A stretch of 61,437 bases of DNA, counting the filler. It is 10 parts of 10 records of this genome, joined end to end, with 100 filler letters (N's around TTAATTAATTAA, not from the genome) between each part and the next. Parts side by side here need not be neighbours in the genome. Positions count along the whole stretch, not along the records: positions 26,484 to 31,702 come from SRR15195285_1460; positions 31,803 to 37,328 come from SRR15195285_1461; positions 37,429 to 41,338 come from SRR15195285_1462; 7 more parts are not named here. One strand, given 5' to 3'. The notes beneath the pieces were generated by a model that was not told where the DNA came from, searched no databases, and worked only from the letters and a program-made list of their open reading frames with translations. Both the position numbers and the translations under genes were made by a program. Shown one piece after another: positions 29,401 through 40,400 of this stretch (positions are counted from its first letter, which is position 1; every line of letters begins with the position of its first letter).

Positions 29401-31135
29401 CACTGCAAAAGGCTATCTCTTGAAGGGAGCGTCGACGTACCGTGGCAAAAAAGCATCCAAGGCAGAGTCAACAGTCTCTACAGCGGCTGCACCAGTGAGA
29501 GATGAGTGGCGAAAGCTGTTTTTTGTTTTGGTGGACCGCGAGCCACAGAGTCAGAGTGCTGCCGCTGCCGCGAAGCTCATGTACTTCGACCATGAGGAGG
29601 CTTACGATGCGCAGTGGCAGCAGATGCAGAGGACGGGCGCCTGGAACTTCACCCCGCGCGGGCAGATGGACCTGCGGGGGGCAAACACACTGATCGGTAC
29701 TGCCAAATTGCAGTCTGGATTGGCAGTGGTTGCCGTGCAGACCCACCTTCGCACGCTGCATCTGAAAGGTCCGCAAAAAGATATAAGGGAGTGGATAGCT
29801 GCGATCGACCGAACCAACGGGGCGTTAGAGTCAGAGCTGTCACGCATGAGCATGCTGTCGTGGGGAGATTTCTGTGCACAGCAAACCGCCCGGCCGGCCG
29901 CTAATCGGGCCTTGGCAGCTGCCTCGTCTGAACATAAACATTTTCAGTGTGCGAAGATCCTTCGCGGCGGTCGCGTACAAAAAGGCATGGCCATGTCGAT
30001 TGACAGCTCGGGCACAATCCAGGTGTTTGCAGCGAATGGCAAGTTGTACAAGTCATACACGCTGAGCAGTCTCGTCAGCTGGGGATCTGAAGGCTCGTCT
30101 CCAGGTGCGGACCCGCGCACACACCGTCGGCTTAAGCTGAAGAAGCGCGCGAACCAGAACATGGTCGAGTTTTCGATGGGCCAGCCAGGAGAAGCCTCGG
30201 AGGTTGCGCGCGAGCTCGACCGCATAACACAAGCATCGCTGCCTTTCACTTCAGAAGATCGGAAGGGCCTCGTGGCCGATGGCGGCATGGATAGCCGCGA
30301 TGGTGGCATAGAAGAAGCACGGGGGTCGACTACAATGAGCCTTGAGGCGGGTGAACGGGCTGTAGCAGGGTGGCTGGCGGCACACGCTGATGATGCTGAC
30401 CTGTGCAGCATTGCTAAGCCTCAGGAGTACGCCGCAGCAGTGGCTGCATCCTTGGTGAGGGCTGGTTACGAAGTGGACGAGTGGATTGATGAGCTCCAAT
30501 CTTTTAGCGATTCAGATCTGAATGCGTTCATTGAGTCTGTCGTGCAGCACTACACAAAAGATGGTCAGCCCCGTACGCAGGCTCTGTTGCAGGATCAGGG
30601 CCTTGCTGCTGTCGAGATTCTCGCGCGAGTTCCTTGGCTATCCCCTGTGCTCGAAATTGCAGACAGTGCCGACTTTTTGGCTTCCCTTGCCGCAGAGCTG
30701 CAGGGCCGTAGCGCACGTGTGGGCGACATTATCATTCGGAAGGGCGACGTTGGAGATGAGATGTACTTTGTTGCAGCTGGTTCTGTCGACGTGCGAGTGT
30801 CTTTGAACAAGCCGCCTGTCGCAACGCTGCCTGTCGGATCAGCATTCGGAGAGTCAGCACTGCTCAACAATTTGCCGAGAAATGCGTTCGTGGTCGCAGC
30901 AGTCGACTCTGTCCCTCTGGAGGAAGTACACGAAGACGCAGACCGGCTTCTGCTGAACGATGGGGAGACGGCTGCAGATGAAGGATCAGTACGCCTGTTG
31001 GTACTCAACAAGAAAGGACTTGCGCGTGCGATAGCCCGATTTCCTTCAGTTGAGACAGTCATGGAAGAAGGGAGCTGGCTCTGGAAAGTGCAGGCGCAAC
31101 ATGACTTCCACACAGACGCATTAGAAGATGCATGA
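26486..31135 (+). CDS. Large signalling scaffold, 5'-truncated: PDZ, four PTB/PH-like repeats, two PH domains, two helical repeats, C-terminal cNMP-binding domain
   Basis: The frame is open from the contig edge. PDZ: GPLGIKF...GLVLIAVN. PH: MEGLLMK...WHGRFFVL...AWMKVI and KGYLLK...WRKLFFVL...EWIAAI. cNMP: IIRKGDVGDEMYFV...FGESALL...PRNAFV. Confidence 0.85.
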   Translation, partial: QAAEEAAAAKLKAEEDAADTQYATAAPETNPQDVAPVAVADALSGLTLVELSERAGLDAELLHGMLEAMDGDESAVEEMLRKVQIAPNPDLQSAAVPAPASSKPELSEEDLAERYLMGSAGSISRRQRDDDRAVADLVELSEARGAPHRLAEEDNDQLQEPLAGVLEFKQHVATSSHLEVAFMESGPLGIKFIENSRSQPVKVQVKRINPDTQAELHPSLSPGLVLIAVNSVSVAGMPYRDVIDILKAQGRPVTCCFGPPEPLPDQHYTGNIDQGEEREERQEEDKEESVQIDGSANNDNDAGGTESAHGSKEHIQDQVLEIETDGQELGLFPSPPGLPQLPAGQRYYPCQKQLRAGRVLSNLHLTVGAMGVQLYEGVEHMKTYGFRDMVEWGSYGIQPDMPTEEHTRVFFTKAKNRKSTEYITPQAYQISQEMSSAAAKLAKAIRKAERTAAREGSLQPSMDLPTNLPPLPDGQRYFQCEKVLRGKDATGKSRSRSGMFLTVGGIGIQVYDSVGTHYKTHSLRDLATWESSGEIENCPPGLHNHIRLEKKKESSRKFTEYRTHKNGDAYLIWELLTKHAEFLAKEMRSQGVDESGLNATTLMEGLLMKRKIYKEGQEGSLSDGTTSWHGRFFVLTGGANAVPKLLYYERREEYIRQQQQMRDAGFGWLKPKGQLELIGATTGFVDQSSAAQRLEAFVVKTPMKTLYLKARDEANALAWMKVIDGACGRPDATTSHAEYRALKLGLPIQTQEAGSLGSDSNFLHVWLEARSLGQYVDVVAEALQAAGYDEEDWVSAMQSFDEADFQAFISSIVKHGAPSQRNAQLSEVPSPPTMYQSDDPEVSKLPPLQAGQRYFKVEKVKRAARVQKGMYLTVGDLGVQVFQQSGKEYAPYKTYKFLNLASWGVDGDSTGAQKHSRLRLDKRGSDKRKDATGTVEFNTLPGEANQICDAITQHASVLGQEIQRVGALETAPTAKGYLLKGASTYRGKKASKAESTVSTAAAPVRDEWRKLFFVLVDREPQSQSAAAAAKLMYFDHEEAYDAQWQQMQRTGAWNFTPRGQMDLRGANTLIGTAKLQSGLAVVAVQTHLRTLHLKGPQKDIREWIAAIDRTNGALESELSRMSMLSWGDFCAQQTARPAANRALAAASSEHKHFQCAKILRGGRVQKGMAMSIDSSGTIQVFAANGKLYKSYTLSSLVSWGSEGSSPGADPRTHRRLKLKKRANQNMVEFSMGQPGEASEVARELDRITQASLPFTSEDRKGLVADGGMDSRDGGIEEARGSTTMSLEAGERAVAGWLAAHADDADLCSIAKPQEYAAAVAASLVRAGYEVDEWIDELQSFSDSDLNAFIESVVQHYTKDGQPRTQALLQDQGLAAVEILARVPWLSPVLEIADSADFLASLAAELQGRSARVGDIIIRKGDVGDEMYFVAAGSVDVRVSLNKPPVATLPVGSAFGESALLNNLPRNAFVVAAVDSVPLEEVHEDADRLLLNDGETAADEGSVRLLVLNKKGLARAIARFPSVETVMEEGSWLWKVQAQHDFHTDALEDA

Positions 31136-31205
31136 TAGCAAGATCTCAGGTCCGAGTGCAAGCGGCTAAAATGTACATCGGAAGAATCTCAACGAAATTC
31201 CACCG

Positions 31206-31702
31206 TTAAATCCAGTGATCGCAGGAATCCCACCCGCTGTAACCGTCATTCTCGAAGATCTCAGCCTCTTGCGCTTGCGCGCATCCCGGCTTCACGTCAC
31301 ACCATCCCTCCGAGCCACAACCTGCCCAGATCTGAACGCCAGCGTCTGCATAGTGGTGCGTTACTGGAAGACACTCGCAGCCGGAGTGAGTCAGCTGTGG
31401 CGCCGATTTGATGATACGTTCCCGTTCAACCTGTGCCGCGATATTGGTTGGGGCGGCGTCAGTAGTTACGACTGCCGCTGAACGGGCCTCTGCCTGCTGC
31501 TGCCGGCGCATTGACGTCTCCTGCTCAGAAGTCACTCTTTCCAACTCTTGGTGCTTCTTCCTTTGCTGCTGCTCAACTTGCTCCCTCTGGCGCTTCTCCT
31601 GCAGTCTTTCCCGTCCCCTCTGCTCGAGCTCAGCTTTCTTCCTCTGCTGCTCCGTCCGTTCAGCTTGCTGGCGCTCCTTTTCCCTCTGCTCCTGCTCTGC
31701 TT
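31206..31702 (-). CDS. 3' fragment of a coiled-coil protein ending in a small Cys/Trp domain
   Basis: E/Q/R/K-rich frame open to the contig edge, ending THSGCECLP...GWCDVKPGC...GWDSC. Confidence 0.6.
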
Positions 31703-31802
31703 NNNNNNNNNNNNNNNNNNNNNNNNNNNNNNNNNNNNNNNNNNNNTTAATTAATTAANNNNNNNNNNNNNNNNNNNNNNNNNNNNNNNNNNNNNNNNNN
31801 NN
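31703..31802. other. Artificial contig linker 6
   Basis: N44-TTAATTAATTAA-N44. Confidence 0.98.
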
Positions 31803-31984
31803 ACATAATTGTCCACCCTACTGGCTAAAATTCCTTCGAGTTTTCAGTAATCGATCTACGCCGCGGGAGGTACGCGTGACGCGTGCGTACGATACTGTAC
31901 ACTGGCACGCGTGCGCTCGCGTGCGTGAGGCTTCCGGTTGCAGTGGCCGGCTCCTAGCAGTGCTCGCTCAGCGAGGGCACCCCA

Positions 31985-33491
31985 ATGGGTCCCAACAAGG
32001 CTGCAGGTACAAATCGATCTATCATGCTCTCCAAGGCCGCCGAGGCCACCCTCGCTGCGATCGAAGCTCAGGTCTCAGGCGATGTGAGTGAGGACAACGT
32101 CGGGGCGATCTCGTTGGGCGTTGTCGGCCCTGGAGGTACGACCGAGTTGCCTCTGTCCCTGCGTTTTCTCTCAGAGTTTCGAGCAGTAGAAAAAGTATAC
32201 GGTCGCTCTTTTGCAGTCGACTGCACTCAACGTCCATTGGCTGCATTGTTGACCAGGACGGCTGCTGCGCTGGCGTGCGTTCGGCTGGACACGCAAGGGT
32301 TACGGTGGCGAGGAGTGGGTGCCAAACCGTGACTCCGATACGATTTTTCGGATCGGCTCGATCTCGAAGAGCATTGCCGTCGTTGGCCTGATGGTGCTCG
32401 AGGAAGAAGGCGTGTTGGCACTCGATGACCTCGCTGAGATGCTTGTGCCTGAGGTGAAACAGATCAAAGGCTATTCTGATCGCGAGCCGTTCACGCTAGA
32501 GATGCTTGCGTCTCATACCTCCGGCCTCGACCGCGAGCCGAACGCAGTCGAGCCTAATGTGCCTGGTTTGACGAGGCTCCTCAACACAGGGCATCCTGAG
32601 GTATGGGAAGCGAAGGCACTAGAGGGGATCGAGACAGCAGGCTGGGCGTTTGAACCAGTAAGGCCGCTCGGAATATTTTCTTGCTCAGTGCATGAACTAC
32701 GTTGACTCAACACCATGGCGCGCGTGACATATTTGTGAACAGGGGAAAGGCTGGTTGTACTGCAACATTGGGCACGCCATTCTCGGCCTGGCGATTGCCA
32801 GAGCGGCCCGTGCAGCTGGCATTGCAGACGGTCTCATCGAGCTCCTCCAGGACCGTCTCTTCCACCCCCTGAGCATGTGCTCCACAAGCTACTACGTGCC
32901 AGAGGGCGATCGGCACCTGCTGGCGGAGGGCCAAGTCATTACTGACAGCGTAGGCACCCTTGATAGCACACCCAAACTCGACGAGGAAGGTCGGGGCTAC
33001 CGGGTACCTAATGGCGGGGTCTACTCAACACTGAATGATCTCGCGAGCTACATTGGCATGCTTAGCGAATCCGGTCCAACGACTGTCTTGTCCTCGGCGT
33101 CCCTCGACAAAATGGCGGCGCCGATCGCGCAGGCCACGGGCCCTTCAAGTGGCAGCTCGGGGAGCAGCTACGGGCTCGGGCTTTTCCATCGTGACGACTC
33201 CCCGAACATTCTGTACCACGGTGGCGCCACACCCGGCTTCACTTGCAATTTTGCGTTCGACAGAATCACAGTACGTACTACTCACCGCCCACTGCAGCTC
33301 ATCCCACTGGCACTGGGTACCCATAATGCCCGATGCATCGTATCGAAACCATGCAGGGGTGGGGCTGCGTGATCCTTCGCAACTACGCGAACGGCGGTCC
33401 AGGGCAGCCTGCGAGAACATCACTGGGGAACGTGGCGCTCAAGGTTACTGAGGCACTCGTTGCAGCGGCAAAGCAGCACGCCAAGCTGTAG
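31985..33491 (+). CDS. Beta-lactamase-fold serine hydrolase (class C/esterase type), four exons, C-terminal AKL
   Basis: FRIGSISK (SxxK), LASHTSGL, LYCNIG (YxN), YHGGATPGF. Introns 32136-32256, 32658-32742 and 33271-33356. Confidence 0.88.
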
Positions 33492-33808
33492 AAGTGACAA
33501 CGATAATTTCATTGGCAACTGTTCTGTGACCGTGCCAGCAAATCATCAGTGTGACTTTTCCACGGATCGGTCCAGGAGCACGTCAAGCCGTGCGTTGATC
33601 GATATGCAAGTCGTGATCCTTCAACAGGTCCATACGCGTAGCGCAGCATGACGCAGTTGAAACGATTCTGTTGCAGCACAGTGCTCCGAGTCACCGAGTG
33701 CGTGCTTGGTTCTCGTCCTCCAGCTCCCTCCCCTCGTCGACGCCTTAGGCCGCCAAAAAACTCAGGCTCAGCCTGATATCTAAGCTCAGACCACACCTGA
33801 GTTTTTCG

Positions 33809-36800
33809 TTATCTGCCCGCGGAGATTTGGGCCAGAGCAGCGATTGACTTGGCAAACATATCGCGGTCTGCCACCTGGTGGAAAATTACACGATGTGAGA
33901 AAACCATGCAAGCCGATGACAAAACTTCTGGTGTGCATGGATGTACGCGGTCTCTGTTGGTACTACCGTGGTCGCACCATTTCTTTCTGAATGGACTCCA
34001 TCGTTGCCATCATGGTGCGAAGCTGCGCCTCCCTTGCATTGTGCTGGGCTACCACAATCGCCGTCATTTCCTGATGAAATTCATCAGTATCAGCCAACGT
34101 GTCATTCCAGTCAGAGACGACAACATCGCCATCGATGGAGAGGTACGAACATCAATGGAAGGGGAGGGGGGGGGCAGACCTCATAAGACGTTGGATCGCC
34201 ATCGACAGCCCTCTTCTTTGCCACCAGCACGTTGCGTTTTGCCTCTGCAGCAGCTAGCTCTTCCTCCGCGCTCGCTATCTGCGTCTCCAGGTCCGCATCA
34301 TGCACCTTAGCTGCAGCCTCGTCCGCAACGGCATTGATTAGGATGCCTTTTGCTTCAGCAGAGCGCTTGGCCTTCCTAGAAAGTTTCAAACCTGTCCGAG
34401 CGAAATGCCGGATGCGAATTTGCAACTCGGGGTACTCTTCGGTAAGCGCGATCATATCCTCTCGCCTGATGAAGCCCAAGTCCGTGTCAACGCTCGCCCG
34501 AATCGTGCGTGTACGGACTTCTCTCTCTGAACCACCTTTCCCTTCAAGGGCTTCCAAGAACGGTGTCTCACCGAAGAAAGAGCCTTCGCCAAGAAAGCCA
34601 AGACGCTCGTCGTCTTGTATTACTTCCACCTCGCCGTCTGTGATAAAGTAGATCTCTGTGCCAACCTTGTTCTGCTCCATGATGATCTGGCCTCGTATAG
34701 CCGTCATCGGATGGACCATGCGGCAAAGGTGAGTCATCAGCTCCGAGCCGAGATTACGGAATATGGGCAGGCCTGACAGCACATCGCCGTAAAGTGCCTT
34801 GCAGACATCACCACCAAGAGACGGTGGCAGCTCGTCCAGAATTTCCTGCTCATTGAACGCCTTGGATCCTTTGTTGGCAGCCTTGTAATAGGACAGGATC
34901 TTTCTCTGGTCCTGCTTCGTGAGACCACGCGCGGCTATCCACGCTTTAAGCGACTGCAGTTTCGCTGTGTACTCCTGGTCACCGGCAGCGAGACCCATGA
35001 GGAGAGTTGAAATTACACCAGCCAGTGCACCGTAGATGAAACCCGTGATGAGAATCGACATCATCAAGAAGCCATGCTCAGCGTCGGTGAACGCAAACGA
35101 GCAGTCGAAGGAGGAAAACATAGCTATGATGTAGCGCGTCCCGTAGCCGATTACCATCGGCTTGTACTGACAGGCGCCGGCTGCCGCACACTTTGCTTTA
35201 TCCTCGTCCTCGTCGTGACCAAAGCTGTTCTTGCGCGAGACGGTGGCACATGCCGCGACCACTGTTGCAGTTGCATCGTCGTCGGATGGCTCGCAGGATG
35301 GGTTGAGGTCGGACTCGGTCCAGCCTTTGCCCTCTGGGTTATTCACCCAGCCTTGCACAAGGTTGCCGGCACCGTCGATCTGCTCGCCCGAACCAACCAT
35401 GTACCAGAAGCAGGCCATCATGTGAGCCATAAATACGATGCTGAACAAAGTGAACAGCAGCCCCAAGTACTGGTTCGCATCGAACTGATCCTCGTACTTC
35501 TCGAGTATCTTCTTGACACGGGCGACACGAAGAAGCTTCGCTAGACGCAGCAGACGTAGAGTCTTGAATGCGCGGAAATTAGAGTTGCTTGTGTCGGCAT
35601 CGGGGTTGGCAATCTCCGCGAACACTGAGATGTAGCCCACAGGGAGGCACGAGACAAAGTCAATCAAGAACCAACCAACGGGAAAGTAGCCCCCCCAGAG
35701 GTCTGTGCCCCCGCCAATATAGTTCTTGCGAATAGCAACGAGGTCTCCCTCGAGCGTGCCACGGCCGTCCCAATACGCCGTGCGGAAGTTCAAAAAAAGG
35801 TCAGCGATGAAATACAGGTCAACGACGACGTCGAACCAGAAGGCGAAGCTATCGACGGGTGTTGTTATCTCCATCGCAGCGCGCATAGGCACAATGTAGG
35901 ACACGTAGAGCAGCGCGAACACCTGTGCAATGTCCCACTGCGTCGAGAAATCCGAGTCAGGGTTTCTTACCCACTTCGGAAGTGGTTTCTCTTCAAAGAT
36001 GGAACCGGAGGAGGCAGTTGGGTACAGCGCATGGATACTGCCCCAGCGCTTCGACATTTCCACCAGCAGGTACAGTCGCGGCCGAAGGAACGTCCAGAGC
36101 TCGGCGCCACTTCGCTTGCGATCACTGGGCAACATGCCGAGCGCCTTGTTCGCGACGGTGATGTCGTTGACTTTCGCCACCATCGACTCCGGCAGCACGG
36201 GGATGTCTGGCTCGTCATCGCCCGTTCTAGAGCGCCACCAGAACTCAAACTCTGCGAAGGAGACCTCGCCCGTCTTTGATCTGTCCATTTCGGCAAAATC
36301 ACGTTGCAGGTCGAAGGGCGGCTCTAGTTCTATCTTCGGAAACTTCTTCTGCAAGAGCTTGTGCATCTTGGCCACCTCGTCGATGTCGAGGGTGCCGCCG
36401 CCGTCCTCATCAATTTCATTGAAGATTTCCCTTGCTTTCTTGCGCGCGGCCTTCAGCTCATCGTCCTTCTTCAGAAACCACCACTTCTTGAACTGGTTGA
36501 ACGTGACTTCGCCCGTGTTCAGCCGGTCCATCTGCGCGAAGGCGTTGTGCAGCTGGTCGGCCTTGAGGTTGTCGCCCATAGTCTTTGCCATCTTCTTCAC
36601 CTGCGAGCCAGAACAGGAGCGCGCGTGTCACGGCGACGCTGAGCCGCGGCCAGCGGGACAGCTCGGTCGCGCGCTCTCACCTCATCCTTGTCCAGCGTCC
36701 CACTGCCGTCCTCATCCAGAGCAGCGAACGCTTCGCGCAGCATATCCTCTTCTGCTTGCTTCTTCTGCATGACTCTCTCCACCTGAGGGCACGCACACGC

Positions 36801-37095
36801 ACGCGATCATCCCCACGGACAGAGCACAGTTCCGGCGGGAGATCTGGGCTGCTGCACGCACGCTGGGCGAGAGCAGGGAGATGCCGGACGTCGGCTTGCG
36901 ATTCAGGGACGCGCCCGTCACGGTGCTCGGCGGCGCCGCCGGCACAAGAGAGAGCTTTTCGCCGTCGCCGTCAGCATCAGCGACCACCGCCTCGGCATGC
37001 GAGAGCCAGCTCGGGCTTCCCGCCGCCACGTCCGCTGCGCCCTGGCCTGCCTCGAGGTCCGTGGTGCTCGGCGCCTCCTGGACGACCTCGGTCAT
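33809..37095 (-). CDS. EF-hand + 6TM cyclic-nucleotide-binding-domain (KCNH/HCN-like) ion channel
   Basis: EF loops DEDGSGTLDKDE, DRLNTGEVTFNQ, DEDGGGTLDIDE, DRSKTGEVSFAE. Also NFRTAY, WFLIDFVSCLP, S4 RAFKTLRLLRLAKLLRVAR, and CNBD EGSFFGE. Introns 36783-36861, 36601-36680, 34071-34179 and 33875-33977 (last two less certain). Confidence 0.88.
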
Positions 37096-37272
37096 GGCGA
37101 CACTGGCGGAGCGCTGCCAGCCAGCCCCGCCCCTCTCAGTGAGCCCAGACTTCCCTCTCTGTTGTCGTACCTATCGGTACCACCACAGCCAAAACCACTG
37201 CCAAGACCACACCGACGAGAGCGCTTTGTCCGTCGTTCACCGCCGCGGCGACAAAAATGACACCCACTGCCC

Positions 37273-37328
37273 CTCTCTCTCTCTGCCTCTCTCTGTGTGT
37301 GTGTGTGTATGTGTGTGTATGTGTGTGT
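37273..37328. repeat. Compound (CT)n/(GT)n microsatellite at contig end
   Basis: Read directly. Confidence 0.9.
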
Positions 37329-37428
37329 NNNNNNNNNNNNNNNNNNNNNNNNNNNNNNNNNNNNNNNNNNNNTTAATTAATTAANNNNNNNNNNNNNNNN
37401 NNNNNNNNNNNNNNNNNNNNNNNNNNNN
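37329..37428. other. Artificial contig linker 7
   Basis: N44-TTAATTAATTAA-N44. Confidence 0.98.
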
Positions 37429-40400
37429 TCAATGGCGAACGAAATATCGACCTGCACTACCGTAGATGAGGTGAGTCGGCACGCCACGAAATTCCCGATC
37501 GTTCTGCAACGGTCGCCAGGGTGCTGTGTACATGCATCATCTGACAATGGCACACACTGGTCCTGATCCACATTCTCGGAATCCAGAAGTTGGTCTGAAG
37601 ACCATGATTCTGATTCGCTGGACGCGTCTGTCCACAACTCCGACTGATCGAAATTTCCAGAGGAAACTATAGTATAGTTCCCATCATCCCAGCTGCCGCT
37701 GTCGCTGCTGAAATCATAGTAATCATAGTAATCATAGTAATCATAGTCATAGCTTCCGGTGTTATTTTCTGCGTGCTCTGCTCGCTGTGGATCGCTTTGG
37801 CATGACGTGCCATTACCTCCGCACACACAGCATTCATCATATGCATTGCGTCCACCATGTGCATGTTTGCAGTCACAGAGAACGTCCCCACATGCCGCGA
37901 AGTCAGCAACCATGCTACCGCGTGGATCACAGTGCTTTTTTGCAGTGCTATACAGTCCTTGCTCAGCCATAGAGTGTACTTCCCAGTTGCCCTCTGGCCT
38001 GGGTACACAATACTCACCACAGGACACCATTCCAATTTTTTCACAGGGAGATTCAAGGTCTATCGAACGGCAGACTTCTGGATCGAATGCAAACGTAAAC
38101 GAGTTGCTTTGGACGTAAAGTGGCCAGTGTGGCTGGTATGACCAGATGTACGGTGCATCCGCTACTGCAGTACAACCTTGCATGCATGACAGGTGAGTCG
38201 TAATGGTAAATGCCTTAGAGGATGGCGGCTCTTCTGGATCTTCAATGCACTCTTCAATGCTGAATTGCTCGATGACCTCGCAGCACTGCCAGTACCCGCT
38301 GACTCCACCCCAATCTACAGTTGTCGGGCTGGTGATATGCGCAGCTGCAAGACGATGCAGCAGGGGTACCGAGAGCGGCACAGGTGTGCGGGCACACTGG
38401 TGGGTGCGCAAAGTGCATTCTGATACGAAACCGTCCTGTGTACACGTGTCGCACACCATGCGTACAGTACAGCTCTCTCCACATTGCCTGAAAGGCGCAC
38501 CGAGGATTTGGCATGAGTCTGGTGCACAGGCTGACTGTGCCACACAGCCAGAGACAGGCGTTTCGCTGGATTCTTGCACCCGCCGTGGTGCAGAGAACGT
38601 AGGTGTATTCGCAAGGTTGCCTCTAGACTTTTTTGAGGTGCTTTTGTAGTAGCCAAGCACACTACTAGACGATCCGAAATTATCAACGCTAGTTTGAGTC
38701 AGGGTCGGCAGCAAGGTAGTGGCCACAGACGTAGGTTTGGCTACAATCATATGTCGTCGGTGAGGTTCAGTCAGGAAATCTTGGCTGCGCGACCGTAAGG
38801 TTCGACGACGTCCCCGATTACCATCAATCTTCGCTGTGAGGCCCCATCTGCTGCAAGTACGTCCATACATAATGGAACCCAATACATGATGACATGGGTC
38901 ATCTGAATCACACCACGGTGAAAGCAACACGCAGGCTCCGCTGGCACACAGGGTCCAGTCTTTGCCCAATGTCTGCGTGCATGGGTCGTCTTGAACGCAA
39001 ACAGGTCGAGGAACGCACGCGGTGCTCACGAGAGCAACGTTGCCGGTCGACGAATCTGTGCACGTCCCGTTGTTGTCGCAGGGATTCGACGCACATTCGT
39101 CTATGTCGATCTCACACATATCGCCCTCGAAACCGGGAAAACATTCACACCTGAAGCTGAACAGCGATCCCTGTATGCAATCGCCGTTGTGACACGGTGC
39201 AGACATACACTCGTCAACATCCGGGTAGCATACGGGTTGATACCGCTGCTGGTTTGCCGTCGAGGTGCAAGATGTAAAGCCGTCCACAGCACCACATGAA
39301 CTCGGAACATCGCACCACAACGCAGGAATGCAACTGCCCTCGCAAAGTAGCCAGTCTGCACCCAATCCGAGCGAATCACATGGGTCCGCTGTGTTGCTAC
39401 ATCCTACGACACAACTGGCAGGAATAATCTGAAGCGCAGCTGGGCTTCCTTTCACATCAGCACCACCTAGTGTGACGTGGAGCAGGTCATCAGTGCGAGC
39501 ACTCGGTTGCACGATTATGAAAAACGTAGCGCAGCTGTTGGTAGCTGGCTTTGCTGAGCATCTTGTGTCATTACTGTCGAGATAGACTGTAGCTGCACCC
39601 GCTGCACCAGACAGACGTGAACGACGGTCCATCGAAGTATGACCAGGGCGCCATGCTGTACAGTTTTCAATCGTCGTGGGATTTCCAAACGCGTCACGAG
39701 GCATCAGAACGACTTGGAGAAGAGCTCCGGATTGAATCGTTGTATCATGCAGCGAGAATGTGGTCTCTGCCGGAGATGGAGGGGCTGCAACCACGGTGAC
39801 GTTCAGTTGAGACCCACTGATCATCAGATCGAGTTCAAAATGTGGAGACTCCTCACGATTCTGTAGAAATGTGCGTATCCAATACCTGCCAGGTTGCGTG
39901 ACTGGTTGCAGCGAAAGTGTCACTAGGTGAGGCTGCTCGGCGTCCCGTCCAAACGCAACTGAGGAGGAGGGACACACAGATACCCGATTCCGTGTTTCCA
40001 GGTACGCCCACAGGTCACCGAAGACGTCCTTGCACGGTGGCAGAGATGACGTCACCTGAAAACCTCGCGTTGCACAGTACGCGGTGCATTATCATTATCA
40101 AAGAGAACAAGCAGACTTGTGAAACTGTAAAACTGCGTGGTGTGAAGGGCGTGCGTACAGCCACAGGAGTTTGAGATGAAATGCCGACTGCTAGGTGGCT
40201 GGAGTTGACGCGTAGTTGCACTGTGTACACGAACGCTTCTCCTGCCAGTACTTCAGTACTTCGCACCAACAGCACGCTGTCCGATGGAGAAGCTGTGATC
40301 GCGACCGGTGCACGTATGCAGAGGAGCGGGACAGTTCCTGCTTCGTACACAACGTGAGCTGTGTCTTGGTGGCTCGTGCAGTGCACATAGCCAGTTGCAT

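Noticed and set aside
31985-33491. Bacterial contaminant or antibiotic-resistance gene
   Set aside because: It has three spliceosomal introns and a PTS1, and shares a contig with a eukaryotic channel; the fold includes many non-lactamase hydrolases.
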